A DNA stretch of 64,000 nt from an uncultured Verrucomicrobiae bacterium (GCA_963801815.1 CAWDGJ010000007.1:64001-128000), one strand, 5' to 3'; counted from the stretch's first letter, positions 1 through 10,026 are shown. Notes: generated by a model from the sequence alone, not told the origin. Numbers and translations: made by a program.

Positions 1-306
1 GCGCTCCAAAACCGGCTTTTTGATTGTACTAAATTCGAGACACTGATTCGCTACCGCTGTGCAAATCTGTTCTTTCTCGTTTTGCCTGACAAATTGTTCC
101 GTGAACCGGAAATTCCGATCGGCTGGGGCGCGTTGATTGAATCGAATGGTGGTCTGGAATTAGCGCGCAAACCGGCCTGGCATGATGTGGATCCCGAAAA
201 TCAGCTTCGCTTCCTGCAGCGGATCGCTCGGGCCGGGACACGGGCTTTGAATCGAACGCTTAATATTACCTTCGAGGAAATCGGCGACAGGAATTGTGAG
301 CTTTAG
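1..306 (+). CDS. Hypothetical protein, 5'-truncated by the window edge (possible MmcB/PD-(D/E)XK-like fold)
   Basis: Frame 1 is open from base 1 (ALQNRLFDCTKFETLIRYRCANLFFLVLPDKLF...EIPIGWGALI) to TAG at 304-306. The family call is tentative. Confidence 0.55.
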   Translation, partial: ALQNRLFDCTKFETLIRYRCANLFFLVLPDKLFREPEIPIGWGALIESNGGLELARKPAWHDVDPENQLRFLQRIARAGTRALNRTLNITFEEIGDRNCEL

Positions 307-387
307 TCGGCTCTCAATCCTATTTGCGCGGCACGACCAAGTTTCGGCCGGTCATGGATTCGACTTTGCTCACCACAAGTTTCCAAT

Positions 388-1920
388 CTAGACCGGGCGC
401 AACAAGTTGTGCCCGGTCATCTCGGCCGGTTTTTCCATTCCGAGCAAAACCAAGAGCGTCGGCGCGACATCGGCAAGAATCCCATCTTCGCAGCGAAATT
501 GCGTCGCGTCGTTCGCCACGTAAATGAAATGAACAAGGTTCGTGGTGTGCGCGGTGTTAGGTGAGCCGTCGGGGTTTCGCATTTGCTCGCAATTTCCGTG
601 GTCGGCGGTAACGATCGCCTTTCCATCCAGCTCGAGCAGCCGCGAGATGATTTTGGCGCAACATTGATCGATCACTTCAACCGCTTTGATACCAGCCTGC
701 ACCACTCCGGTGTGGCCAACCATGTCAGGATTGGCAAAGTTGAGAATGATCAGGTCAAATTTGTCGATCCGCTTCAATAACTCATCTGTGAGTTCAAACG
801 CGCTCATCTCCGGCTTGAGATCATAGGTTGCGACTTTCGGCGACGGAACGAGAACGCGCTCTTCGCCCGGAAATGGTTTTTCGACGCCGCCATTGAAAAA
901 ATAAGTCACGTGGGCGTACTTCTCGGTCTCGGCGATGCGGAGCTGTTGCTTGCCAGCTTTGCTCACGAGCTCGCCCAGAATATTCTTCAGTTCTGTCGGT
1001 GAAAAAATGAACGGCGACGGATAACGAACGTCGTATTGAGTGAGCGAAGTGAATTTTGTCTGCGGCCAGACTTCTCGATCAAAGCAATCGAAATCCTTAA
1101 ATAGGAACGCTTGCGAAAGCTGACGCGCGCGATCAGCCCGAAAATTGAAGAACAAGACGACATCATTGTCCCGAACTCGCTGCTCGTTCGCCTGAGCAAA
1201 AATTAATGGCGGCATAAACTCGTCCGTCTGGCCGGCTTTGTAATGTCGATCCAGCGCATCCGGCGGCGGTTCTCTGCAAATTTCGCCGCGTCCAAGAACA
1301 ATCGCGTCCCACGCTTTCTTTGTCCGGTCCCAACGACGGTCGCGATCCATGGCGAAATACCGACCGACGACCGTGACAATTTTCGCGCCACTCGATTCGA
1401 GCTTTTCTTCGCAAATCTTCAGAAACTTGCGTCCGCCCGTTGGGGATGAGTCACGTCCATCAGTAAACGCATGGACAAAAATGTCATTTACGCCGGCGGC
1501 CTTGGCCGCGTTCGCCAGCGCAATCATGTGATCGTAATGACTATGGACGCCGCCATCTGAAACCAAACCCAACAGGTGAAGCCGGTGTCCACGCGCGGCG
1601 GCAAATGTTTCCTGGGCAACACGATTGCTTTTCAGCTCACCGGCGGCGAGAGCCTTGTTTATTCGCGTCAAATCCTGGTAAACGATGCGACCGGCCCCGA
1701 GATTAAGGTGTCCAACTTCTGAATTCCCCATCTGGCCGTCAGGCAATCCAACGTCGCGTCCGCTAGCGCTTAGTTTGCTGCCCGGATAATCGGCATAGAG
1801 CTTGTCGTGAAACGGAGTCCGCGCGAGCAGCGTGGCATCGCCGTTCTCTTCCGCTTTCGCTTTTCCGCCTGGATTGATGCCCCAACCGTCGCGAATGATG
1901 AGAACGATCGGAACCGCCAT
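388..1920 (-). CDS. gpmI: 2,3-bisphosphoglycerate-independent phosphoglycerate mutase
   Basis: Motifs DGWG, GLPDGQMGNSEVGH, SDGGVHSH, AETEKYAHVTYFFNGG, NPDMVGHTG, TADHGNCE; 510 aa. Confidence 0.97.
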   Translation of the reverse strand: MAVPIVLIIRDGWGINPGGKAKAEENGDATLLARTPFHDKLYADYPGSKLSASGRDVGLPDGQMGNSEVGHLNLGAGRIVYQDLTRINKALAAGELKSNRVAQETFAAARGHRLHLLGLVSDGGVHSHYDHMIALANAAKAAGVNDIFVHAFTDGRDSSPTGGRKFLKICEEKLESSGAKIVTVVGRYFAMDRDRRWDRTKKAWDAIVLGRGEICREPPPDALDRHYKAGQTDEFMPPLIFAQANEQRVRDNDVVLFFNFRADRARQLSQAFLFKDFDCFDREVWPQTKFTSLTQYDVRYPSPFIFSPTELKNILGELVSKAGKQQLRIAETEKYAHVTYFFNGGVEKPFPGEERVLVPSPKVATYDLKPEMSAFELTDELLKRIDKFDLIILNFANPDMVGHTGVVQAGIKAVEVIDQCCAKIISRLLELDGKAIVTADHGNCEQMRNPDGSPNTAHTTNLVHFIYVANDATQFRCEDGILADVAPTLLVLLGMEKPAEMTGHNLLRPV

Positions 1921-2011
1921 AAAGCACTGTGCCGACGATTAGGATTTCCGACAAGCGGTTTCCCGGTGCTCCGGGTTTGACAACGGCCAAGTGCGCTTCT
2001 ACATCGCGCTC

Positions 2012-3286
2012 GTGAAGTGGCGCAATCAATTGCTCGCCCTCTTGTGTCTGGTTGCCTTTGCCGGACTTGGCGTTCTCTATTTTCAACACTGGGTCGTCCA
2101 ACGACCATTTGGTTTGGTTCTTCTCATTGGTGAAGGCCTCGGACCGGAGCGTGTCGCAATGACACGCGTTTATCTCGGCGGTGCCGACGGCCGGTTGGCC
2201 CTGGACAACATGACAAACGTCGCCTTGGTGAAAAATTACTCCAAGGATTTCGCTGTGGCCGATCAAGCTGCAGCCGCGACCGCGCTGGCCACCGGCGAGA
2301 AGGTGAACAACCGCTCGATTTCAGTCGACACAAATGGAAAGGCACTGCCAACGATCATCGAGTTAGCTCGGGATAGCGGAAGAGCGGTTGGACTAATCAC
2401 CGACACTAGCCTAACGAATGCGACATGCGCCGCTTTCTACGCGCATTCGAACAACTCGAGCGATAAGGAACAGCTGGCAAAGCAATTTGTCGAAGGCGGT
2501 AAAGTCGATATCGGACTTGGCGCAAGCGCCGCCGAGTTCCTGCCGGAAGCGAAGCACGGTCGCAGACAGGACAATCGCGATCTTCTGCTCGAATTGCGAC
2601 GCGGCGGCTTCGACATTGTCCGTAATCGCGCGGACTTGGAAAGCATTCCAGCGTGGCGTCGGCCAAAGCTCTTCGGAGCATTTGGAGAAACTGAGTCGGC
2701 TCATGCCGATTCCGGTCAGAACTGGAGCGATGAACCAAGTTTGTCCGACATGGTTCGCCGAGCGGTTGAACTTTTGCAGTACAATCAACGCGGCTATTTG
2801 TTGATCGTCGATGCCGCACGAATGCGGGAAGCAGCCGAAACCAACAATGCGGAGAAAACGTTGGCGGAAACGGTTGAATTCGATCGAACCTTGGCCACGG
2901 TCCAGCGCTACGCCGGCGGAAGATCGATAATCATCGCTTGCGGTGATGTCGCACTCGGAGGCTTGCACGTTAATGGATTTCCATTTCGAAAAGACAGCGG
3001 AATTGCGTTGCTTGGACTGAATCCGGCCGGACAGCCGTGGATTACCTGGGCGACCGGACCAAAAGGAATGCAGTCTTACGGGGCAGCCAAGCTGCCGGAT
3101 AAAGGCGCAGCGTCCCCGAACGCAGAGTCAGAAAAGGAGCAATCGCAGCCGGCTGCCTTCTACACCAACTCGGCGCTGCCAACGATTGAAGACGTCGCGG
3201 CATTTGGATCAGGGCGAGGCAGCGAAGCGCTGCACGGAACCATCGATAACACCAGGATTTTCAGAGTTCTTCAAGACGAACTCTGA
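2012..3286 (+). CDS. Membrane-anchored alkaline phosphatase (PhoA)-family protein with a degenerate active site
   Basis: PhoA-type blocks LLIGEGLG, ADQAAAATALATG, TNATCAAFYAH, PSLSDMVRRAVELL, GTIDNTRIF, plus an N-terminal TM helix. GTG 2012 chosen as start because TTGACA lies at 1977-1982 (the ORF track starts at 1991). Confidence 0.85.
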   Translation: MKWRNQLLALLCLVAFAGLGVLYFQHWVVQRPFGLVLLIGEGLGPERVAMTRVYLGGADGRLALDNMTNVALVKNYSKDFAVADQAAAATALATGEKVNNRSISVDTNGKALPTIIELARDSGRAVGLITDTSLTNATCAAFYAHSNNSSDKEQLAKQFVEGGKVDIGLGASAAEFLPEAKHGRRQDNRDLLLELRRGGFDIVRNRADLESIPAWRRPKLFGAFGETESAHADSGQNWSDEPSLSDMVRRAVELLQYNQRGYLLIVDAARMREAAETNNAEKTLAETVEFDRTLATVQRYAGGRSIIIACGDVALGGLHVNGFPFRKDSGIALLGLNPAGQPWITWATGPKGMQSYGAAKLPDKGAASPNAESEKEQSQPAAFYTNSALPTIEDVAAFGSGRGSEALHGTIDNTRIFRVLQDEL

Positions 3287-3308
3287 TTCGAATCAACGAG
3301 CAGAAAGA

Positions 3309-3340
3309 AAAACCCATCCACCGATCAGTGGATGGGTTTT
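3309..3340. terminator. Intrinsic terminator between convergent genes, probably bidirectional
   Basis: AAAACCCATCCAC-cgatca-GTGGATGGGTTTT 13-bp stem, with U-rich runs following on both strands. Confidence 0.85.
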
Positions 3341-3359
3341 CAGTTCGATAATTTTGTTC

Positions 3360-4019
3360 TTACGGACTAACCAAGGGCACGAAGACGAAAGTCGGCGGAT
3401 CGGGAAGAGTTGGCGGCGGTCCTTCCGCCGGCGGCCCCTCGGCAACTTCCTTGGCTTCCTTCGAGTCTTTGAAATCTTTCCCATCGGCCGAACCCTGCGC
3501 GCCAGCTAAGGCCGTATTCGCAACCATCAAATTCGGGATCGCGGTGGAATAGACTCCGAGGTCCGCGATGCGGCCCGATTTGGTCACCTTAAATGTGAAC
3601 TTCACGTACTTCGCTTCGGTTGGACCAACTTTTATCTTCGTAACATTTGGAGTCAGGCTCTGCCGCGTGACCTGGTGCCATTGCAGGCTTCCCGCAGCCA
3701 GTTTCGAATTCGAGGTCGAAACCGAAACCGTGCCTAGACCATCGCGATTCGCGAACATGATGACATCGAAATTTTCAATCTTGGAAAGCGAAAGAACCAA
3801 CTCGCAAGTTCCTTCCGGAAGAGTGTAGCCGACAGTTGAATGATCTGAGATGAGTGCAACTTGAGCGAGGTTGTCATCGATACGAGCTCCGCCGCTAAAT
3901 CGCGCTAGGTTTCGCGAGTAGGCCGGCGACTGCTGGGCAAACAATTGCAGCCCGGTGGCGAGAATAATTCCGCAGGTGATAGCACCTATACGGGAAAGAC
4001 GAGAGAAGTGTGCGCTCAT
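3360..4019 (-). CDS. Secreted hypothetical protein (possible discoidin/F5-8-like beta-sandwich) with a Lys/Asp-rich then Pro-rich C-terminal tail
   Basis: Signal-peptide-like N-terminus (…LQLFA|QQ), a GPTEAKYVKFTF segment, and the tail DGKDFKDSKEAKEVAEGPPAEGPPPTLPDPPTFVFVPLVSP. Confidence 0.7.
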   Translation of the reverse strand: MSAHFSRLSRIGAITCGIILATGLQLFAQQSPAYSRNLARFSGGARIDDNLAQVALISDHSTVGYTLPEGTCELVLSLSKIENFDVIMFANRDGLGTVSVSTSNSKLAAGSLQWHQVTRQSLTPNVTKIKVGPTEAKYVKFTFKVTKSGRIADLGVYSTAIPNLMVANTALAGAQGSADGKDFKDSKEAKEVAEGPPAEGPPPTLPDPPTFVFVPLVSP

Positions 4020-4041
4020 AATTTCCATAGCTACAAAAACG

Positions 4042-4071
4042 ATAATAGCTTGTCCGCCCCGTTTTTGGCAA
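4042..4071 (-). promoter_or_regulatory. Candidate sigma70 promoter for the 3360-4019 gene
   Basis: Minus strand TTGCCA-N18-TATTAT. Confidence 0.4.
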
Positions 4072-4160
4072 TACAAATCTTCCCCGCCGCTGAAATATCG
4101 CCCAAGTATCAAGTCACACCGCAAAACGATCCGACCGGCACGGCCGGAGCGGTCGAAGGA

Positions 4161-4778
4161 TTAGAGCCGGCTGGCGACGTGTTGCCCGGTGAGAAGCTGG
4201 CTACCGGCATAGAGGCCGCCGGTGGTCGAAGCGCGGAATTTTTTGCCTCCAGCATATGCATAGAGCGGGATGTAGGAGCTGCGCCCGGTGCGCTCAGCGC
4301 GCAAAGCTGACCAATTGATCGTCGGGTCGAGAATGTAAACACCGTTGGCGGTCGCCCATTCGAGCCAGGCGTGAGTCTTGCGGCTTGTCCAAAGGCGTTT
4401 TCCGATGACAAGTCGGACATTATCCGCGCCACTGGAACGCATGGTGTTGTAAAGAGCCACCGCTTTGCCTTTACAATCAGCATAGGCGCCCAATTGAACT
4501 TCCTCGGGCGTTTTCCAGTCCATGGAGAATCCGTACGGGATTGCCCGCAGATTGCCGATCCAGTTGTTTACAAGCCCCAGCGAAAGACTTTTGTCTTTGT
4601 GCTCGACGGCCGAGGCAAGGACCGGACGAATCCGGGTCATTTGTCGGTCATAGGGGGTAGAATTGACCGTGATATAACCAGTTTGGGCGAAAGCGGAAAG
4701 GCAGGAGAGACAGAAGAGGGTCAAACCGACAAGACCAAGTTTACGGAACGTATAAGGGTGAATGCTTATTGTGAGCAT
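4161..4778 (-). CDS. Exported transglutaminase-like cysteine protease (BTLCP/LapG-like)
   Basis: W-K-T-P-x-E…ADCKGKA (Cys), THAWL (His) and YILDP (Asp) triad; signal peptide ending AFA. Confidence 0.8.
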   Translation of the reverse strand: MLTISIHPYTFRKLGLVGLTLFCLSCLSAFAQTGYITVNSTPYDRQMTRIRPVLASAVEHKDKSLSLGLVNNWIGNLRAIPYGFSMDWKTPEEVQLGAYADCKGKAVALYNTMRSSGADNVRLVIGKRLWTSRKTHAWLEWATANGVYILDPTINWSALRAERTGRSSYIPLYAYAGGKKFRASTTGGLYAGSQLLTGQHVASRL

Positions 4779-4796
4779 AATTACTATAACTTCCAT

Positions 4797-4813
4797 AAGC
4801 ACGGCGTATGCCA
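4797..4813 (-). promoter_or_regulatory. Candidate sigma54 (-24/-12) promoter
   Basis: Minus strand TGGCATACGCCGTGCTT: GG-N10-GC spacing, directly upstream of the protease gene. Confidence 0.45.
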
Positions 4814-6502
4814 CTGCACGCCGCCAAAACTCCCATTGGCAAACCGTCGGAATACGGCAGACTCGGATTGCCCGAGCCAGCTCCTGTGAAACCCAATTCA
4901 GCCCGTTACGAAACTTCTCGCCGCGTTGCCGCTTGGACCCTATTTGCCGCGATAATGATTGCCGTTGTGTGGGCTAGAATTCGCCTGGCAGGCCTTCCGT
5001 TGGAGCGCGATGAAGGTGAATACGCCTACACGGGGCAGCTGCTCTTGTCGGGCATCGCACCCTATAAGCTCGCCTATAGCATGAAGTTTCCTGGCACTTC
5101 TGCCGCGTATGCGGGACTGATGGCGATCTTCGGGGAGTCTATCACCGGCCTCCACGTCGGTCTGATCTTAGTCAATATTGCCACCATTGGAGTCATCTTC
5201 GTCCTCGCAAATCGTCTCCTCGGCGAGATTGCGGGAATCGCGTCTGCAAGCGCTTACGCCATGCTCTCACTAATGCCGTACGTGCTTGGTCAGGCGGCCC
5301 ACGCTACTCACTTCGTCGTCCTGTCAGCTCTCGCCGGCGCTCTCGTCTTGGAGCGCAGTTTGGATCGACAATTGATGAGCCGGATCTTCGGCAGCGGCTG
5401 CTTTTTTGGCCTCGCATTAATAATGAAGCAGCCCGGATTGTTCTTTGTAATTTTCGGCTCAGTATATCTTTTGAGCAGCGACTGGCGTCGCTTCGGTGTG
5501 CGTCTCGCGATCTCACGCCAGCTAATGTTTTTTTCGGGTGCGATTGTACCAATCGCTGTCACTTGTTTGTATCTCTGGGCATCCGGTGTGTTGGGGACGT
5601 TCTGGTTTTGGACAATCAAATACGCGGGCGAGTACGGCAGTCGGGTTTCGATCGGTGAAGGTTTTGGGATTTTCCTCGGACAGATTCCTTTGATCATCCA
5701 GAGGGCATGGCCGGTATGGCTTATCGCTGCTATTGGGCTCTGCTTATGTGTTATCGATAAAACGCTCCGGCCACGTCGCGGATTTCTCATAACGCTCTCT
5801 TTTTTTTCACTGCTGGCAGTGTGCCCAGGGTTCTATTTTCGGCCTCATTACTTCATTCTTCTTCTCCCGGCGATCTCTCTTTTAGCCGGCGCCGCCGTAA
5901 TGGCCGGCTCGAACTTCGTGAATTCGAAAGCACCGAGTCTTCGCTTTGTTCCCATTCTCGTATTCGCGGCGGCAGTGGCGTGGCCTATCTGGAGAGAAGC
6001 CGATTTCTTTTTCGAACGTCCGGTGCGCGAGGCAAACCTCATGGTAAACGGCACAAATCCATTCCCGGAATCGATCAGGATTGGCGAATACATTCGTTCT
6101 CAATCCAACCCAGCAGACACGATCGCAGTATTGGGCTCGGAGCCACAAATTTACTTCTATGCTCATCGTCACTCTGCGACGGGATACATCTACACCTACG
6201 GGTTAATGGAGCCTCAGCCGTACGCTCATCGCATGCAGGAGGAGATGATTCGTGAAATCGAGGCCGCCCATCCGCGCTTTCTCGTTCTGGTCGTCATAAA
6301 TAAATCCTGGCTTGCTGGCAGGGATTCGGACCGGACAATTTTTAAATGGGCCGACGCTTACTCCGACACGAACTACGAGGAAATCGGACTGATCAATATT
6401 TTTGAAAGCGGCTCCGACTACTATTTTTCAGCCCGTCCAGCCGGCGTGCAGCTAGCGCCGGATCACATTTTGATTTACCGGAGAAAGGCATCGAGCAGCT
6501 AA
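4808..6502 (+). CDS. GT-C fold glycosyltransferase (ArnT/PMT_2, GT39/83-like)
   Basis: PLERDEGEYAY acidic motif after the first TM; many TM helices; C-terminal soluble domain. The true start is probably somewhat downstream of 4808. Confidence 0.8.
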   Translation: MPLHAAKTPIGKPSEYGRLGLPEPAPVKPNSARYETSRRVAAWTLFAAIMIAVVWARIRLAGLPLERDEGEYAYTGQLLLSGIAPYKLAYSMKFPGTSAAYAGLMAIFGESITGLHVGLILVNIATIGVIFVLANRLLGEIAGIASASAYAMLSLMPYVLGQAAHATHFVVLSALAGALVLERSLDRQLMSRIFGSGCFFGLALIMKQPGLFFVIFGSVYLLSSDWRRFGVRLAISRQLMFFSGAIVPIAVTCLYLWASGVLGTFWFWTIKYAGEYGSRVSIGEGFGIFLGQIPLIIQRAWPVWLIAAIGLCLCVIDKTLRPRRGFLITLSFFSLLAVCPGFYFRPHYFILLLPAISLLAGAAVMAGSNFVNSKAPSLRFVPILVFAAAVAWPIWREADFFFERPVREANLMVNGTNPFPESIRIGEYIRSQSNPADTIAVLGSEPQIYFYAHRHSATGYIYTYGLMEPQPYAHRMQEEMIREIEAAHPRFLVLVVINKSWLAGRDSDRTIFKWADAYSDTNYEEIGLINIFESGSDYYFSARPAGVQLAPDHILIYRRKASSS

Positions 6503-8211
6503 TGTTGGCTCGGCTCCGGGAGACAGTGCATTCACACTGGCCATTCGCCGCGGTAGCCCTCATAGGAGCCCTGTTCATCTTCACAAATCTCGGAACTGAT
6601 TATTTATGGGAAGATGAGGGGGACACCGCGGTCCTCGCCTCGAACATCTTAAAGTTTGGAGTGCCCAAGGCGTGGGATGGAAGGGCTTTTCTCGATTCAG
6701 ACCATAGTGCCCGGCTGAACCGCAACCTGGTGATGGTCACGCATCCGTGGGTTCAATATTACCTGACCGCGGCCTCATTTCTCGTCTTCGGTCAAAACAC
6801 ATTTGCCGCGCGAGTTCCTTTCGCGATCGCGGGCTGGATATCAATTCTGCTCGCTTATGCGTTCATGTGGCGTTCTACGCAAAGTCGTCTCACTGCGTTC
6901 TTCACCGCGGCTCTCCTCACACTTTCGGTGCAGTTCCTACTGTACGCGCGGCAATCTCGTTATTGCGCCCTCAATCTGCTCCTGGTGATTTGGCTGTTTT
7001 GGTCTTTCCTCAAAATGAAGTCCGCACGTCACTGTGTGTCCTTTGTCCTCGCGGCAATCTTATTGTTTCACACTCACCCCTACGGGATCGCACCGACAGT
7101 CGCGCTTTGCGTACTCAGTCTGTTTTACCGGCCATTCGCCGGTCAGCGACAAACTATTTGGTTCGCCGTGCCCGCGATAGCACTTTTTACTTTTCCCTGG
7201 CTTGCCGTTTCGTCGCTCACTTCAAGGGGCTCCGAGTTGAACACCGCGTCGGTAAAATCGATTGGCGAATTTATTGAACGCTTTGCGCAAGCTTTCATCG
7301 AATGCTCTTCAGTCACACCACTCATCGGAAGCCTGATTCTTCTTATCGGAGCCACAATTTGGAAGAACCGAAAAGTAGAACCTCTGCTCGGTACCAATGA
7401 GGCCTCGATCGTTCTGGGCGCTCTCGCGACGATTCTCGTTTACATCATCGGGACGGCGATCACCCAACCAAGCGACAGTCTTTGGCTCGTCGGAATCCGT
7501 TACGCCTCGCCGGTGCTTCCGCTTACGGCGATGGTCGCCGCCATTGCGATCGTCAAGATATCACGCGGCCGAACGCTGATCGCGCTCGCCTTGCTGTTCG
7601 TTTTTGCATTCACCAAATTCGCGCAGCTCACGCCGTGGGTTGCCTTCAATCCGAGTGGCTTTTTTAGTTTCGGTAAATACTCAGTTGGGGCACATGTCCC
7701 CGCGAAAATTGGGGACCGCTTTCTGGGGAGCGGGCTGTTCATGTTTGCTCGCGACCTGTGGCGCGAAAACCCTGGGACATTGGAGAAAAGCTGCAAGTTT
7801 CTGCAGCAAAATGCAAAACCGGGAGACGTTGTAATCGTGAACTATGGAATGGAACCCACCTACTTCTATACGCGCTTGCCGCAGGCGATGGGCATTCTCC
7901 AAAGCTACCCGGTTTACCAACGGGCGCGTGAATTGGGACTTCCAGAATTCGTCTTCGGCGTGGATCACGCCCGATGGGTCGTCTGGCGTTCGGCTTGGGA
8001 AAGTGGCCCGGGTTACGCGATTAACGACGTGCTCAAGGAGCTTGTCCAACGCGGTGGTCGAATCACTACAGTCCTGGAAATGGAAGAAACCGTTTGGGAA
8101 AATCGCGAGGACATTCATTTTCACCGTTTTTCTGACGACTTTTACTTATTTCCTCGAACTCAAACATTTCCCAAGTCATGGGTGGCGCGCGTAGACTGGC
8201 CGGGCGACTGA
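6502..8211 (+). CDS. GT-C fold glycosyltransferase (PMT_2-like)
   Basis: YLWEDEGDT, HPWVQYYL, AARVPF, YARQSRY; TAATG stop/start overlap with the upstream gene. Confidence 0.8.
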   Translation: MLARLRETVHSHWPFAAVALIGALFIFTNLGTDYLWEDEGDTAVLASNILKFGVPKAWDGRAFLDSDHSARLNRNLVMVTHPWVQYYLTAASFLVFGQNTFAARVPFAIAGWISILLAYAFMWRSTQSRLTAFFTAALLTLSVQFLLYARQSRYCALNLLLVIWLFWSFLKMKSARHCVSFVLAAILLFHTHPYGIAPTVALCVLSLFYRPFAGQRQTIWFAVPAIALFTFPWLAVSSLTSRGSELNTASVKSIGEFIERFAQAFIECSSVTPLIGSLILLIGATIWKNRKVEPLLGTNEASIVLGALATILVYIIGTAITQPSDSLWLVGIRYASPVLPLTAMVAAIAIVKISRGRTLIALALLFVFAFTKFAQLTPWVAFNPSGFFSFGKYSVGAHVPAKIGDRFLGSGLFMFARDLWRENPGTLEKSCKFLQQNAKPGDVVIVNYGMEPTYFYTRLPQAMGILQSYPVYQRARELGLPEFVFGVDHARWVVWRSAWESGPGYAINDVLKELVQRGGRITTVLEMEETVWENREDIHFHRFSDDFYLFPRTQTFPKSWVARVDWPGD

Positions 8212-8233
8212 GCCAGTCTTGAATTTTAACCGG

Positions 8234-8959
8234 TTATTTCCGGGCGATTGCCAACAGCGCGACACCGAATGGAAATGAGATTCGGCGAACCAGGCGCAAT
8301 TCAACCGCCATGATTTGCGCGAGCATTCGTTGCAAAAACGATGGCTCACTTCCCTCAAAATCGCGGCCCATTTTCGAGCCACTGAGAGTCCGTGCTACGA
8401 CCGCCAGTGGAAACAGCAGTGTGGTCCAATAGGTCAATCGCCGGATTGTGAAATTCTGGTCGAGAAGCAATTTGCGGATTTCTGGTTTCCGAAACCGGCG
8501 CGCAGTCATGACCGCTTCGTCGTGGGCGCTGTGCAGAAATCGAAATGCGGGAACATTAATGAGAAGCAGCCCACCGGGGCGAAGAACTCGGCGCATTTCA
8601 CGAACGGCGCCTGCAACGTCGTTGACCCATTGATGATAAAGAACGCTCGAACAAATCACTGCGTCGAACGAGCCGTCCGCGAACGGCAATGTGCAAATGT
8701 CCCCTTGTCGCACGTTGTTGAGCCCTCTGCGCCGGCAAATTGAAATCGCCTCGGGCGACAAATCGATCCCGACATTCTTTTCCGGATCGTCTAGCCGCTG
8801 CAAGATGGCACCGGTGCCGCAACCAGCGTCGAGGATTTGTTTTTCCCGCCAGTCCGGCAACTCCGTTTCCAGAGTTTGAAAGATCAGCCGATGCAACGCG
8901 CCGTACCACCAATGCGTTTCCTCGACGCGGAGCATTGTTTCATATTCTTCCTTCTCCAC
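8234..8959 (-). CDS. Class I SAM-dependent methyltransferase
   Basis: VEETHWWY, ILDAGCGTG, LPFADGSFD, RVLRPGG. Start is GTG 8959 or ATG 9010. Confidence 0.9.
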   Translation of the reverse strand: MEKEEYETMLRVEETHWWYGALHRLIFQTLETELPDWREKQILDAGCGTGAILQRLDDPEKNVGIDLSPEAISICRRRGLNNVRQGDICTLPFADGSFDAVICSSVLYHQWVNDVAGAVREMRRVLRPGGLLLINVPAFRFLHSAHDEAVMTARRFRKPEIRKLLLDQNFTIRRLTYWTTLLFPLAVVARTLSGSKMGRDFEGSEPSFLQRMLAQIMAVELRLVRRISFPFGVALLAIARK

Positions 8960-9027
8960 GGCCTTCAGCTCACTGAACTTCTGCCTGCACGGTCTTCCCG
9001 CGAAGAACATTCACTCGACATCCGGAT

Positions 9028-10026
9028 TCATCTCGTGCTGCTCTCATCCTGCCTCGCGACGCGCGAACCCTCCGTTTTTGCGCCATCACGGATCGCATAA
9101 CGAATCACGTACTGGGGCGTGCCGGTTTGGTCGAGATAAAGCCGGCCGAGATATTCGCCCACCAGACCGAGAATCATCAGCTGGATCCCGGCAAGCAACA
9201 CAATCGTTCCCAACACCGTGGGAATTCCAAGTGTCACATTCGGGGTAATCCAAAGCCGGTCGATCAAAATCACGATGAGGGCGACCACGCTCAAACAAGA
9301 AGTGAGCAATCCGACATAAATAGAAAGCCGAAGTGGCTTAATGGAAAAATTCAGAAACATATTGAGCCACAGCCTGATCAGCTTTCGAAACGTGTACCGC
9401 GACGGACCGCTCTCGCTGGCGCGATGCTCCACCGGTATTTGGCCAATGTTACGCGTAACGCGATAAATCAAGCCATCGGTATACGGATATGGCCCGTGAT
9501 ACTTGATGATCTCGTTTACCACAAAGCGGTTCATCACTTTGAAGCTCGAGAGATACAGATCGCTCGGTTTGTGCAGCATGAGGGTTGCGATTCGATCGTT
9601 GAACCGGCTTCCAGCGTTACGAAACCAGGAATGCTTCTTTTCGATGTAATGACCGTAAACCACGTCATAGTTCTTGCGTTTCAATTCGTCCAACATTCGC
9701 TTCACTTCTTCCGGCGGGTTCTGGCCGTCGTCATCAAGGACTGCGATGTAACGCCCGCGCGCTTGCTTAAAGCCGGCAAGCACGGCGTTGTGCTCGCCAA
9801 AATTCCGGCTCAAGTGTACGAACACCACCGTTTGCGGAAATTTCTCCGCCAAGTTTGCGCAGACTGCTTCGGTCTCGTCTTCCGACCCGTCGTTCACCAG
9901 GACAACTTCGAAAGGGGACGATCCAAAGGTGGCCATTACTTGATCGACCAGCGGGCCGATGGTGCGGCTCCCGTTGTAAACGGGAATCACCAGCGATAAG
10001 TCGGGCATTGTTTCGTCAGGCATCAC
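9028..10026 (-). CDS. GT2 polyprenyl-phosphate glycosyltransferase (GtrB/ArnC-like)
   Basis: SLVIPVYN, VNDGSED, LSRNFGEHNA, LDDDGQNPPE; two C-terminal TMs ending GEYLGRLY. Confidence 0.92.
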   Translation of the reverse strand: MMPDETMPDLSLVIPVYNGSRTIGPLVDQVMATFGSSPFEVVLVNDGSEDETEAVCANLAEKFPQTVVFVHLSRNFGEHNAVLAGFKQARGRYIAVLDDDGQNPPEEVKRMLDELKRKNYDVVYGHYIEKKHSWFRNAGSRFNDRIATLMLHKPSDLYLSSFKVMNRFVVNEIIKYHGPYPYTDGLIYRVTRNIGQIPVEHRASESGPSRYTFRKLIRLWLNMFLNFSIKPLRLSIYVGLLTSCLSVVALIVILIDRLWITPNVTLGIPTVLGTIVLLAGIQLMILGLVGEYLGRLYLDQTGTPQYVIRYAIRDGAKTEGSRVARQDESSTR

